Source: Callorhinchus milii
Lineage: Eukaryota
NCBI RefSeq assembly: GCF_018977255.1
Contig: NW_024704895.1
Span: 62,001 to 114,510 of the forward strand
DNA: 52,510 nt
Direction of reading: 5' to 3'
In this document: positions 1 to 10,814 of the stretch, piece after piece
Numbering within the stretch: position 1 is the first letter of the stretch
Layout: each line of letters starts with the position of its first letter
Made by a program: the position numbers and the translations under genes
Notes under the pieces: generated by a model
Told to the model about the DNA's origin: nothing
The model's input: the letters and a program-made list of their open reading frames with translations, nothing else
Database searches by the model: none

Positions 1-15
1 TCAACCCACCACATC

Positions 16-596
16 TGTAATGCGAGCGTAAATGGGGGTTGCTGCTGGGCTCTGGCCCAATCACACGGCCCGGGGTATTGGGGGCGGAGCCCGGTATGGG
101 GGCGTGTGGGAGGGGCGGCCGTTCACCTCGTTTCCAATGAGAAGCGAGGTGAATGGAGGTGGAGCCAGCAGGGCAGTATGGGAGGCCGGATCGGACAATC
201 CGGAAGGGGAGGAGTCAGGGTCACGTGGAGAGAGGATATAGAGGGGAGGCTGGAAGAGATCGGGGTCAGTTGATGGAGTGAAGAAGCGGAACCACGTTAG
301 GTGGCCGCCGTGTCATCAGCCACGTGGCTGATGGGGCTTCGGCACACCGTCGGCCAGCGGTGTGCGGAGGAGCGGAGCGACTGATGCGAGAGGAGCGTGC
401 GGGGCACGCGAGAGGAGACGCTGGTCCCTTGTCAGGACCAGCGGGGTGTGAGGAAGAGTGGAGGAGCTGAGGAGGAAGCGCGTGCGGGGCGCGCGAGACG
501 ACGCTGGTCCGCGGAGGAGACCAGCGGGGTGCGGAGAAAGAACTTGAATAAAAGACCAACGGAAACCAGCAGTGCCTGACGGAGTCTTTTATTACA
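16..596 (+). mobile_element. Solo LTR (probably Ty3/Gypsy type), 581 bp
   Basis: Starts TGTAAT and ends ATTACA (inverted termini). AATAAA near 547. Exact 4-bp TSD CATC at 12-15 and 597-600. Both ends and an internal segment resemble 5106-5697. Confidence 0.85.
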
Positions 597-2649
597 CATC
601 CTTGCCCATAACGTGAAGCTGATATTTGTAGTGTTTGAGCTTGTACTGAATGAATTTGGCAAAAGGACAAAAGAGCTAATGCTGCGCTGTTTTAAAATTG
701 TACATTAAAAAAAGCTGCTTGTTAGGATGTCCAATGTCTAAAACCAATTGCAATAATGTTATGATGGCCAAAAGTGAATACTATGTCATCAAGAGTTAAA
801 CTGATGTCATCATATTTAGCAATTTCACCATAAATTTCCTGTGACAAAAACAGTGAGCTACCATATCACAATGACAATTAGGAATACTCCAAAAAAGCAC
901 TGAGATACTTATGATTTAAATAAATATGAAAACCAGTGTGAAAAAAATAAATCACTCAGAGCTCGATTATTGACCATAACAAATAAATAAACAACTCTTG
1001 AAAAGACAAAGATGCCAAATTTAGCCCAATACACTGTTACCACAAGTGCTTCTGTCAGCAACCACCTATTAAGGGTGGCATGATAAATGTGGTTCGTTCA
1101 GCACCATGCCCTGCTGCTTTTGTCTCACCCGTGCGGTTCTTGACATGCTCCCACCAGGTCATAATTTTAGGCTGAGTCCACTTAACGGTGGCCTTGGGCC
1201 AGGTTTGCCACTGGAATCGTTCACGGCCACAAATATAATCCGGGTCACCAGTGCGCAATCGTGTGCTAAACACCACGCCACTGCTCCTCCATGCAGCATT
1301 CGCACGCCAGCAAGCAGACAATTTCAAATGCAATTTGTTTTGAGGTGGCCGGGTGGCTCAGGGGGCTAATGCCATGTCATGAGCACTGGGTCAACACTGC
1401 TGAAATCTTGGGTGGAATCTGGTCAACCATCCGCGATTTAACTGGGGTTCTCAAGTGTAGCGAGTTGATAGTCTCAACCAAGTCACCAATTACTGCACCA
1501 AAAAAAGGAAAATATATTTTGTTGATCATTTAAATTGAAATATTACAACTATGAAGGTTTAGAAATGTTGGGTTTCATTGCCACACAGTGGCCATTCATA
1601 AAAGGTGTGTCAACTAATGTGTTCAAGAGGCCCACCACCAATCAAGAGCTTTGCCATTTCATAACTTAAAGTTACAAAATAATAATATATTTCATGACAT
1701 GATTCCAGTACCATTGAAATATCATCGTAAGTATAAAACAAACTATTTTAGAAAAAGTACACTTATTGCCTGTCATTTCAAGAATTTAAATTTAAATTTT
1801 TAAACGTAGTGTTTACTTATTATGACCATTTTAAATGATGGATGAGTTATTGATAATTCCAAATCCTATAGTAAACATTAAAACACAGTTAATCCACACC
1901 ACTGCCCACAAAATTCCACTTGCAAGAGATTCCACTGAGGACTGGCTCCTTTCATGGAGGCAGCCTTACTGTGTGTGCCGTGGTAATAACCACGACTGAA
2001 GCCTCCAGTGGATGAGTCGTCAAGGAAACGGGGCTATCTTCCTACATGGGAAGCTGTCTCCTAGCACCTGGTCTCCTCGCCCATTTTCCCACACTCTCAC
2101 CCACTTTCCCTCTTGCTCATTCACAAATGGAGAAATATTTAACATGCATAAGTACCCAGCCATTAAATGTGGCTTATCAAGTAAGTGCAATGTTCGGCCG
2201 AGTGCACAATGCCACAAAGTCATTTCATTTGGTAAGGTTGAGTCATGTCCAGACCACTCGACTTTGGTGAAGGTGGTCAACATGCTAATTTGCATACTCT
2301 CTGTCTCGAAAGTTGGTTTAACATGTCGAGTAGAGCCAGTAGTTAATTGTTGCATCCACCTTGCTTTAAACTAAATTTTAGCTTCCACAGTGTGACTGAA
2401 AGAACATTCTCCATGTTGGTTTTAGAGTAACAGCAACAGTGCAGCTACTAGGCTTATATTTACGATTAATTGAACTGTCACAATTAGGGGTTATAATTTC
2501 ATTCAAGCATCTCTAATTTGTTTCCATAGTAGAGGTTTTTCGGGTCAGATTGCATAAATATAAATGTGCCGTTCAACCCGCCACCACCCGACACAGACAA
2601 TTAATGAGGTTTGTCACGTAAACAAAACATGCCAGTTAGTTACTAGTTC

Positions 2650-2820
2650 CGCAGACCTATGTGTTAGAGAGTAAACCCCACTATATTTTACAATTCGAGT
2701 ACAGTGATGTTTCGCCAGTACAGCCAGCCTCATCAGGCGGCAGCCAGAGTTATGGAGAAATCTTCCTCCTGTTTTGGTTTTAAATAAAGGGGATAAATGT
2801 GACGACGTCACTTGTTTTGT
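2650..2820 (-). mobile_element. Possible Penelope-like pseudo-LTR fragment with a degenerate hammerhead core
   Basis: The minus strand at ~2702-2745 reads CTGATGAG-GCTGG-ctgta-CTGGC-GAAACATC. Stem II pairs with wobbles but stem I is poor. Boundaries are approximate. Confidence 0.4.
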
Positions 2821-3359
2821 CAACACCATGAGGCACTGAAGCACCCCAAGCCTGCAGGCATCATGTGAACTAATTAGACGTGAAATGTAATGCATTTAAA
2901 TATAGATTGTCTCCCGGAGTCAGCTTCAGTGGAATGAGATTCCATTCCAGGTATCTTTCACAATATTTTTTGTTAGAATCCAATTCAAATGAATAGGATT
3001 TTTTAGAAGAGGAATCACTCACAGATGAAAAATAACAATTCCTGCAGGATTAGTCCAAGGTGGAATTTTGGGAATCAAATTATTCCTTCAGGCAGCTGCA
3101 GAGTAGAATGAGTGTAAGGATTCATTTTAATAGAGAAATTGCTGCATCATTTCATCTTTAGCGTCTGTGTAGCACACAAATTACCATCACAGAATATACT
3201 CATAGGCAGAGGGTTTGTCTCGCTTATTGGGCATTTGGTGAACTTTTACAAATAGGCAAGATTAATTGGAGGAGGTGGGGGACACACACTTTACTACAAG
3301 TCATCTCTCAGTCGAGTAAGAAATATTCATGCTGCTGTTGCTGGTAAACAATGACGTGA

Positions 3360-3424
3360 GTTATTATCTGCGGTGAATGTGGCCAGTCACCAGTTATTAT
3401 CTGCGGTGAATGTGGCCAGTCACC
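3360..3424. repeat. Tandem duplication, 33-bp period
   Basis: GTTATTATCTGCGGTGAATGTGGCCAGTCACC occurs twice in tandem. Confidence 0.95.
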
Positions 3425-4065
3425 GGGCGCCACAATAGGCATCTTAGCTGCCCTCCACTTGTCCTCCCCTCCGTTGGCCACCTGATCTGCCATGACGTCG
3501 GTGCCACAAGCCCTTGGCCATTGGCTGGTGTAGTGGGAGTGATGATGTAATCCATAGCAACCACAGCCACGCGCCCAGTTTTGCGATCTTGCTATGATGT
3601 GCACACACACAGTCTCTTCTCCTACACAGCTGCGTTCCTGAAGAACACCGCGTTATGGGGGGGGGGGGGGGAAATGTGTTGTAATAAATTGTACATATTA
3701 TAGGGTAAAGGACATTCCGCGATAACACGTGAGATACGTATGCAGGCTGAACAAAGACTATGGTGCGTGGGTAGCATTAAGAAGCATCCAGCAGCATCCC
3801 AATTCCTTGTGTGATGCAACGCAGCCGTACAACCACTTATTTCTACTCGCGCGATGTAGTTCCGTTCACTCGATCACGTGTTGTCCAATTCGCATCCGCT
3901 TTGTAAGACATGCATCGTGTCATATCCAATTCGCGTTATGAAAACACTTTGCGTAATAAGATAATAGACTGTACTCTCCATTCTTGATTTGAAGCTTTCG
4001 TGACTGCAGGAATCCATACTCTTTGGTTCTTTCGGTAAAGTCACATAGGTATAAAATAAAATAAA

Positions 4066-4108
4066 TCACGACTTTTCGATCGCAATACAAGCGACCGTCA
4101 TCAGGTGG
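4066..4108 (-). ncRNA. Minimal hammerhead ribozyme motif in the Penelope pseudo-LTR
   Basis: The minus strand reads cac-CTGATGA-CGGTCGC-ttgtatt-GCGATCG-AAAAGTC-gtg. Confidence 0.7.
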
Positions 4109-4291
4109 AACAGATACAGCAGGATAACTGCTGACATAGGAGAAAGAGCTGCTGCAACAAGAGTTTATATAGAATTTTCGTGGGCTCAACCCAAGGTTAA
4201 GTGGGTGGAGCTAGAGAAGGAATTTGTACTTAAATGTAAATCTGAGGGATTAGCATGTTAATGTGAGACGGTCCCAGCCACCGGAGGTGGC

Positions 4292-4514
4292 GGGGTTTGC
4301 AGAGTACCTTCGTCTTGGAAAAATCAAATTCGTGTAAGCCCGCAGGGTTAATACAATGATCAGCAACGGTAGAGGTATTGATCCTACCGTGTTTCAGATC
4401 TGCCTTGTGTTCACGAACGCGGTCCAAGACATGTCGTTTTGTTTCCCCAATGTAACTGCTGCCGCAACCACAACTCAGTTTGTAGACACCAAGGTATTGC
4501 ATGTCAGGAATCAC
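4292..4514 (-). pseudogene. GIY-YIG endonuclease fragment of a Penelope-like element
   Basis: GVYKLSCGCGSSYIGETKR...RVREH...VADHC...HEFDFSKTKVL matches the GIY-YIG/CCHH pattern of Penelope-like elements. Confidence 0.9.
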
Positions 4515-4526
4515 ATCCTTTACAGA

Positions 4527-4693
4527 TGGGATTAAATCACGGATTTTGCGTACTCTGCGAACCCACCGGCTATTATCAGAGATTTGTTAATGAAGCCATA
4601 CAGATATATTTACACAGACACAACTTCAACCGAGAAGATGGATACAAACTGAGCAATCATTGGAAAGACGTTATTAACCAAGTAAAGTATTAA
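4527..4693 (+). pseudogene. C-terminal part of the Penelope GIY-YIG domain (inverted copy)
   Basis: VLCEPTGYYQRFVNEAIQIYLHRHNFNREDGYKLSNHW contains the typical R..EAI.I...N.NR..G..L...W tail. Confidence 0.8.
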
Positions 4694-4983
4694 CTGACTG
4701 TGATGTTTCCATCCCACCAGCCTATGTCAGCTATTATTTCCGACTCTCTGAGTACATCACCAGGTTAAATATCTGTGAGGTGGCCCAGCCACAGGAGGAT
4801 CCCCGCCACCTCCGGTGTCTGGGACCATCTCACATTGACATGCTAATCTCTCACATTTACATTTACGTACACATTCCTTCTCTAGCTCCGCCCACTTAAC
4901 CTTGGGTTGAGCCCACCAAAATCTTATATAAACTCTTGTTGCAGCAGCTCTTTCTCCTATGTCAGCAGTTCTGTTTATCTGTT

Positions 4984-5026
4984 CCACCTGATGACGGTCA
5001 CTTGCGTTGTGATCGAAACGTAGTGA
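4984..5026 (+). ncRNA. Minimal hammerhead ribozyme motif in the Penelope pseudo-LTR
   Basis: Reads cac-CTGATGA-CGGTCAC-ttgcgtt-GTGATCG-AAACGTA-gtg, with the conserved core, stem II and a short stem I. Confidence 0.75.
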
Positions 5027-5105
5027 TTACTTTTATTTTATACCTACGTGACTTTACTGAAAGAACCAAAGAGTATGTACTCTCCATTGTAACAACCTAT
5101 GCAAC

Positions 5106-5697
5106 TGTAATGCGGGCGTAAATGGGCGGGTCGGATGTGACGATCAGAGAGGGAGGAGTCAGGGTCACGGGGGGGGGAGAAGTTATAGCGGGGAGACAGG
5201 AAGAGATCGAGGAGTCGGGGGAGTGGAGAGTGGAGACCACGTTGGGTGGTCGCCGTGCCTCAGCCTGGTGGCTGAGGGGCTCATGACGGCTCCAGCCAGC
5301 GGGGTGGAAGAGAGAGTTGGGGATGGAGACAGAGAGTGGCGAGATCGCCACAGAGGCCACGCAGGGCTGAGGTTGGAGAGTGGCGAGATCGCCACAGAGG
5401 CCACGCAGGGCTGAGGTTGGGGAGTGGCGAGATCGCCACACACGGTAAGACTCGGCACCGCCAGCCAGCGGTGACCGAGCACGGAGGAACGGGGAGCAGC
5501 GGTGGAGCTGCAGAGAGAGCAGCCAGAGGGCTGCACCAGGACCTGCACCGGAGCTGCAGGAGCGCGGAAGGCTACGGGAGCGAAGGCAGCTGTGGAGCTG
5601 CCAAGCGGGAGGCTCTGAGCGAGGGCCGTGTGGGTAAAGTATACGAACCCGAATAAAGGACACGGAGACAGACACAGTAGTCGAGTCCTTTATTACA
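5106..5697 (+). mobile_element. Solo LTR related to 16-596, 592 bp
   Basis: TGTAAT...ATTACA termini. AATAAA at ~5652. Exact 4-bp TSD CAAC at 5102-5105 and 5698-5701. Confidence 0.85.
5332..5440. repeat. 44-bp tandem repeat (~2.4 copies) inside the solo LTR
   Basis: The hairpin-like GTGGCGAGATCGCCAC recurs at 5336, 5380 and 5424. Confidence 0.9.
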
Positions 5698-6498
5698 CAA
5701 CTTAGGATATTATGACAATCGCTGTCTGTACTCAGGCCCCAGGCCTCATAGGAACACTCTCTGAGTCACGGGTCCACTTTTTTCTAATCAAGGAGACATG
5801 CATTACTTTAATTGTTATTTACACTCGCTGTAAATGGCTGTAACACTCACATAAAAACTTGAAGCTGAAAACTTAACTGCATAACTTTGTTTTAATTATA
5901 AAAAAAAGAATTAAGTACTTTAACTTTCATATATTTCTTGCTTTGTTTTGCATTGAAGTTACATGAAACTAATCAAATCGGCAAAGGTTTTTCCCAGAAA
6001 TATATATAGATTAATTTAGGTTTAATCTCACACTGTGGTGCAGTGCTTGAAGCACACAGTGTGCGGCTGGAAAGTTGTGAATGCAAATCCTTGTCAGAGT
6101 TAACGCACCAGATACTGTTGGAAGTCACTATTGATCAGACTATGGATTATCTAATCTCTGCCATATAAATGCAGAATTTCTAAAATTTGCATGCAAATGG
6201 GCATCATATCATGCTCATTTGAACAGTAAGCTATTTTACTTTTTAATGCATTTCAAATAAGGTTGAAAGTTAATGCATTAGCTCTGTCTGCCTATAGATC
6301 TTTGGAATAGGGGGTCACGATAACTCGTGGCAATGTGATCCAATATGAATAATTTTTTTGTTTAAAGTTCTGTTGATGAATGTCAAATTGATTAAAATAG
6401 TTACCAATAACTTGGGTAAGCGATGTCAGCCAAATTGTTGACTTCACATGCCTTGCATTTGCTTACCTCCGGATGATGTCATTGTTTCAGTATCCATG

Positions 6499-6651
6499 TG
6501 TAGTGAGTTGAACTGAGTCGCAGACGTATACTTGGAGGCAACACATTTATTTAACAGCAACACACGGGGTAACTGCCCCTTAACAGAATAACAACCTATG
6601 GTGGTGACCACCAGACTAACTACACTAATTACAACGTAACTAGCTACTACA
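6499..6651 (-). mobile_element. Candidate 3' LTR of the adjacent Gypsy element
   Basis: TGTAGT...ACTACA inverted termini and AATAAA on the minus strand. It lies downstream of the minus-strand pol. No clear polypurine tract or TSD. Confidence 0.55.
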
Positions 6652-6679
6652 CACCGGGACCACAGCTCGGGTCAACCAG

Positions 6680-8850
6680 AGGGCACCTCAAAGCGTCTGC
6701 CATAAAGATAGGGGCGATACTGTTGCACAAAAAAAGACAATAGCCAAGAGTTCCCGACGAGTGACACACTCCCGTTGTTCAGCCAGAGACAACAAATGTG
6801 GCCTCCTCCTCCTACCCCCAATGGAACTTCTGATCCTTTGCCATCAAGGCGTGGAGAGGTTTGGCGATAGTGGCAAACCCGGTGACAAAATGGCGGTAAT
6901 AGGAAGCAAATCTAATGAAACTCCGCACCTCCCCCACCGATGTGGGGGTTGGCCAAATATGAACACACGCAGTTTTGTCTGGGTCCGTCGCTATCCATAA
7001 TTTGTTGACTATGTAGCCAAGATACCGAACAGATTTTTGGAGCAGGTGACACTTCTGCGGTTAAAATTTTAGGTGCGCCACACGAAATTTAAGAAAACAG
7101 CACATAACCGTTCGAGATGCTCTTTAAACGTATGGCTAAAAACGATAACATTGTCGAGATATATCAGGCACGAGTCCCACTGGAGGCCAGCTAGAACCAG
7201 TTCATCAATCGCTGGAATGTAGCCGACGTGGAATGAAGACCCATCGGAAGCCGATTAAATTCAAATAAGCTTTGTGGTGTATGAAAGGCTGTTTTGGGCT
7301 TAGAGGCTTCATCTAATGGCAACTGCCAAAATCTGGATAGGAGCTCAAAAGTCGAAAAATAATGTGCTCCGGCTAGAACATCCAGGAAATTGTCCATCCG
7401 AGGAAGAGGATACGTGTCAGCCACAGATAGATCTTATTAAGTTTACGGAAGTCAATACAGAAGCACAAAATACCATCCTGCTTTTTAATAAGAACAATCG
7501 AGGCTCCCCACGGGCTGATGGATGGCGAGATGATATTGGCGGCCAACATTTCATCACCCGCCAGCCGCACGTGTTCTTTTTCCGTAGGGCTCAGCCAATA
7601 GGGGTTCTGCCGGATGAGAGTGGCATCACCTGTATCGATGTGGTGACTAAAAAGCGTAGTGCGGCGATGTCAAATTTTCCCTTGTTAAACACATCTGAGA
7701 ATTCACGCAAGAGCACCCTCAACTCCCCCCTCTGGGACTCGGACAATTCCACATTTTCCAAACAAATCGTATTCATCCACTTTTCATCAAAACCCTTTTG
7801 CGGCCACGTATTCGACGCGACCCCCACACTGCCAACGATGCTTCCTTCGTGAAGCGCGGACGACGCATGAGCTAGCACGGTGCCCTCCTGAATGACAGAC
7901 GTGTCTAACCCTGCATTAAGGACCTGAATGAAAGGTTCCTGGTCATTGGATCCCAGAGTCTGGGCCCCTACTAACGTAAACCCACGAATGGCCTTATTTG
8001 AGGGTCCTAAGAGGATTCCTCCAGCAGTCGCCTCCTGGTGTAGCGGCTTGTGCAATCGTAAGAGAACCAACAATTGCGCGCCGGGGGAATCTTTACAGTC
8101 TTACTTGCAAGTGCTTGCACGTAGCGTTGGCCGTGCACAATCTAGTGGGAGAAGGCAAGAAGGCCATTCGATGGCCTTATGGTAACTCAAGGCACCCTTG
8201 ATCAATAAACATTTTCAGGGGAATTTTCCCTAAAAAGTCAGTCCCAAGCAAGCAAGGAATAGCAAGGGATGTTGATACAAGATTTGGTCCCATCAATTTG
8301 ATATCTCCAATGCCCACCTCCGCTGCTATTTTCCGAATTATGCCAAATGAGCTGCCATTTGCGGCAAAGCACAGAGCCCCGACGGAACATATACGGGATA
8401 ACTATAATCGGGTCAGAGCAGCCACGTACTGCCTGATCCACGATGTCGAAGACGGGGACGAAAACATAGACGTAGCACTTGCGTTCCACTTCACCTACAG
8501 ACAGCCCGGATCTGTGCTCGGGGCTTCCCTTTTATCTCTCTCGGCGCGGTCTGCCTCCACCCTCGGCCGCGCCCTACATCCAGAATATACCGGACGGTTC
8601 CAGGCCTTTAACTACGCCTCACATGGCCTCTACCACCAGTCGCCCTCCATCACACTTTTCCAGTGGTGCACTCTGTGGTGATTCCCTGCGGAGCTGGTGG
8701 AGGCTGCAATCCCCTACTCTGTTGATAGGACTCATCAGGCTTCCTCCTGCTCGCACCCAGTACCATGCCCCTAGTGGCCCCCTGAATGGTACTGCATGGT
8801 ATGTTAGCCTCTGCGCCTGTTTCAACGGCACTTGGCACTACGCGCCGTAG
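6680..8850 (-). mobile_element. Decayed Ty3/Gypsy LTR retrotransposon internal region (protease-RT-partial RNase H; no integrase seen)
   Basis: Protease tail AANGSSFGI...PCLLGTDF (~8235-8370). RT motifs SPWGASIVLIKKQDG...CIDFRKLN, YPLPRMD, KTAFHTP, LPMGL and IYLDN. RNase H remnant RELLAIVFF/YRPYLYGRRF. Multiple frameshifts and stops. Confidence 0.92.
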
Positions 8851-10433
8851 TGATCCATTTAACATCACAACACATGTATGTGCATAATTTGTACGCCTTG
8901 TTTAAAATATAGATTTTCGAGTTTACCCCCTACCATCACGAATTGACCCAAACCATGGAGCTCACTCAAACAAGGCACGCGATGTTGGCAGCAAATGCTG
9001 CCAGCCTGGGGCTTCTTTATCTTTCAATAATGAAGGCAGTGTAGAATGAAACTGATGGAAATGCATAAAACTAAATTAATATTTGTTTTATGCAAAACAA
9101 CGCATGCACATGTATTGTTCACCTTGCTGGATATACAGACCATTGAGTGCAGAGGTGTTTCCCTTAAATGGCAGTGCGATATAAACATGTTCACCCACTT
9201 CCAACTAACTACAAAAAGGGCGTGTGCCAAATATGTATGATTCAAGCCTGGTTTTGCACAAGTTTACTTTTGTGAGATTAATTTAAACATTTGTTAAAGC
9301 AACATTAACATAATCAGCAATAACACTGCCCTAAAAAATATATAATAAGTGATGATTCCAGCAATGGCCCTTATTCATAGATATACCAGAAATCTTCTCT
9401 GCAGAGATCTGCGTGCGTTGAGTTTAGTCATTTTTGTATTTGCACCGAAATTTTCACACATTTTTTTGCCCGCACCTCAGATTAGCACGGTTGACTACGT
9501 ATGGTGTGAAAGAAGTTAAACATACATACAATTTGCACCTTTTGACCGTCGATATAATAACCTAAGTGAGAAACACAACATTTTTGACATTTTACTCCAC
9601 TTTTGCAAGTATGAAGATCGTGATTTCTATCTTCATAAACTGGAAGCTTCTCGGATAAGTAAAACTATACAAATGTAAGTCTTGAAAATACGTGGAATGC
9701 TCTCACAGTTTAGGTAAGAAAGCTTCGTCGAAACATTTTTATATAATGCATTTACCTCACGACAACTTAGTGCCAAACGGCTGGATAAAACTTACTATTT
9801 TATTGATATCAAAACATCTCAGTGAAGCCTTTTTTTCTTCAAATTATTTAAAAATATGTGGCTGGATATTTGATTAACCATAGCACTGTTTGTTTTACTG
9901 TTGAAACTTAATTATTTTTCCTTCAATAAATTCCAACTGAACAAAAATACATGAGGTTTTGACGTGTGTTCAGCCCCTGTGCAAAATACTTGCTTCAATT
10001 TAGGATTTCATTCCAAGCTGGCGGGCTGAATACTGGTTGACCTTCTTGCCTTTCCACTTCATTACAGGAAAATAATAGGGGCTAAAGCTTGAGCTTTGTT
10101 GACAGAGGCCTGTTGCTATAGTGGATATCTATAGGACGCAACCAAATAAAGCCCCATGGATAATGGGAAAGGCACAGAACATCAACTGTGTTCAATGAGG
10201 TTAACATCAGACTATTTCCAAAATATAATTTGATAAAATTTAAAGAAAGAAGGGCTATATGTATAAATAGTCTCCTATAATGGTAAAACGAGTCAATTGT
10301 CTCCCTCGGGAAAAAAGCATAGGATATTGTGAATTCCATTCTCTGTCCTTCGTCATTTGTGGTGCATATTCCACTTTCACGTGATGTGGCAGGAAAGTCA
10401 CTGTGAGCCATTCACAAAGTGATGCTCACTTTA

Positions 10434-10814
10434 AAGTAGAACTTCGGTTAACAGTTACATCGGTAAACTCTTTTTGCGGTTAACGTTTCGCCTCCCAAAG
10501 GGCCCCATGGTTTCAACGAACGTTAACATTGTGATGTCACGGTACGTTTACATTATACACGCAGGTGCCAATTTTGGCTAATCCGAGCACTCGTAATTGA
10601 GACTGAGCCATGCCCTCAGCTAATCAGCGACGCCCATTTATGAGTTTAGACTTCGCCTGCCTTTTTAAAATTGTGTTGACAGTGGAAACAGCTGTTTTCC
10701 AGACTCAGTGAATTTTACTTAATTTTAAACTCATAAGTGAATTCGATTAACAGTTATTTTGGTTCACAGTAGTTTTCGAGGAACGGATTAAAAACCTTAA
10801 CCGAGGGACTACTG
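10434..10814. mobile_element. pogo/Tigger-like non-autonomous DNA transposon (MITE)
   Basis: Imperfect TIRs AAGTAGAACTTCGGTTAA and TTAACCGAGGGACTACTG, TA on the left flank and subterminal CGGTTAAC repeats. Confidence 0.6.

Larger units (their letters stand above)
3983..5075 (-). mobile_element. Penelope-like retroelement, 5'-truncated, with inverted pseudo-LTR
   Basis: Contains GIY-YIG endonuclease remnants. ~4015-4295 is the reverse complement of ~4800-5075. The 13-bp direct repeat TGTACTCTCCATT at 3970-3982 and 5076-5088 flanks the insertion as a TSD. Confidence 0.9.

Noticed and set aside
1055-2374. Possible minus-strand exons (good acceptor near 1493; ORF 2020-2355)
   Set aside because: Frames hit stops and no family is recognisable, so the evidence is insufficient.
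5097-5675. 192-aa and overlapping ORFs here, and the ORFs at 32-670
   Set aside because: They are by-products of GC-rich LTR sequence and show no protein motifs.
16-5697. A single full-length LTR retrotransposon bounded by the two similar LTRs
   Set aside because: Each LTR has its own distinct TSD, their interiors diverge, and no gag/pol lies between them.
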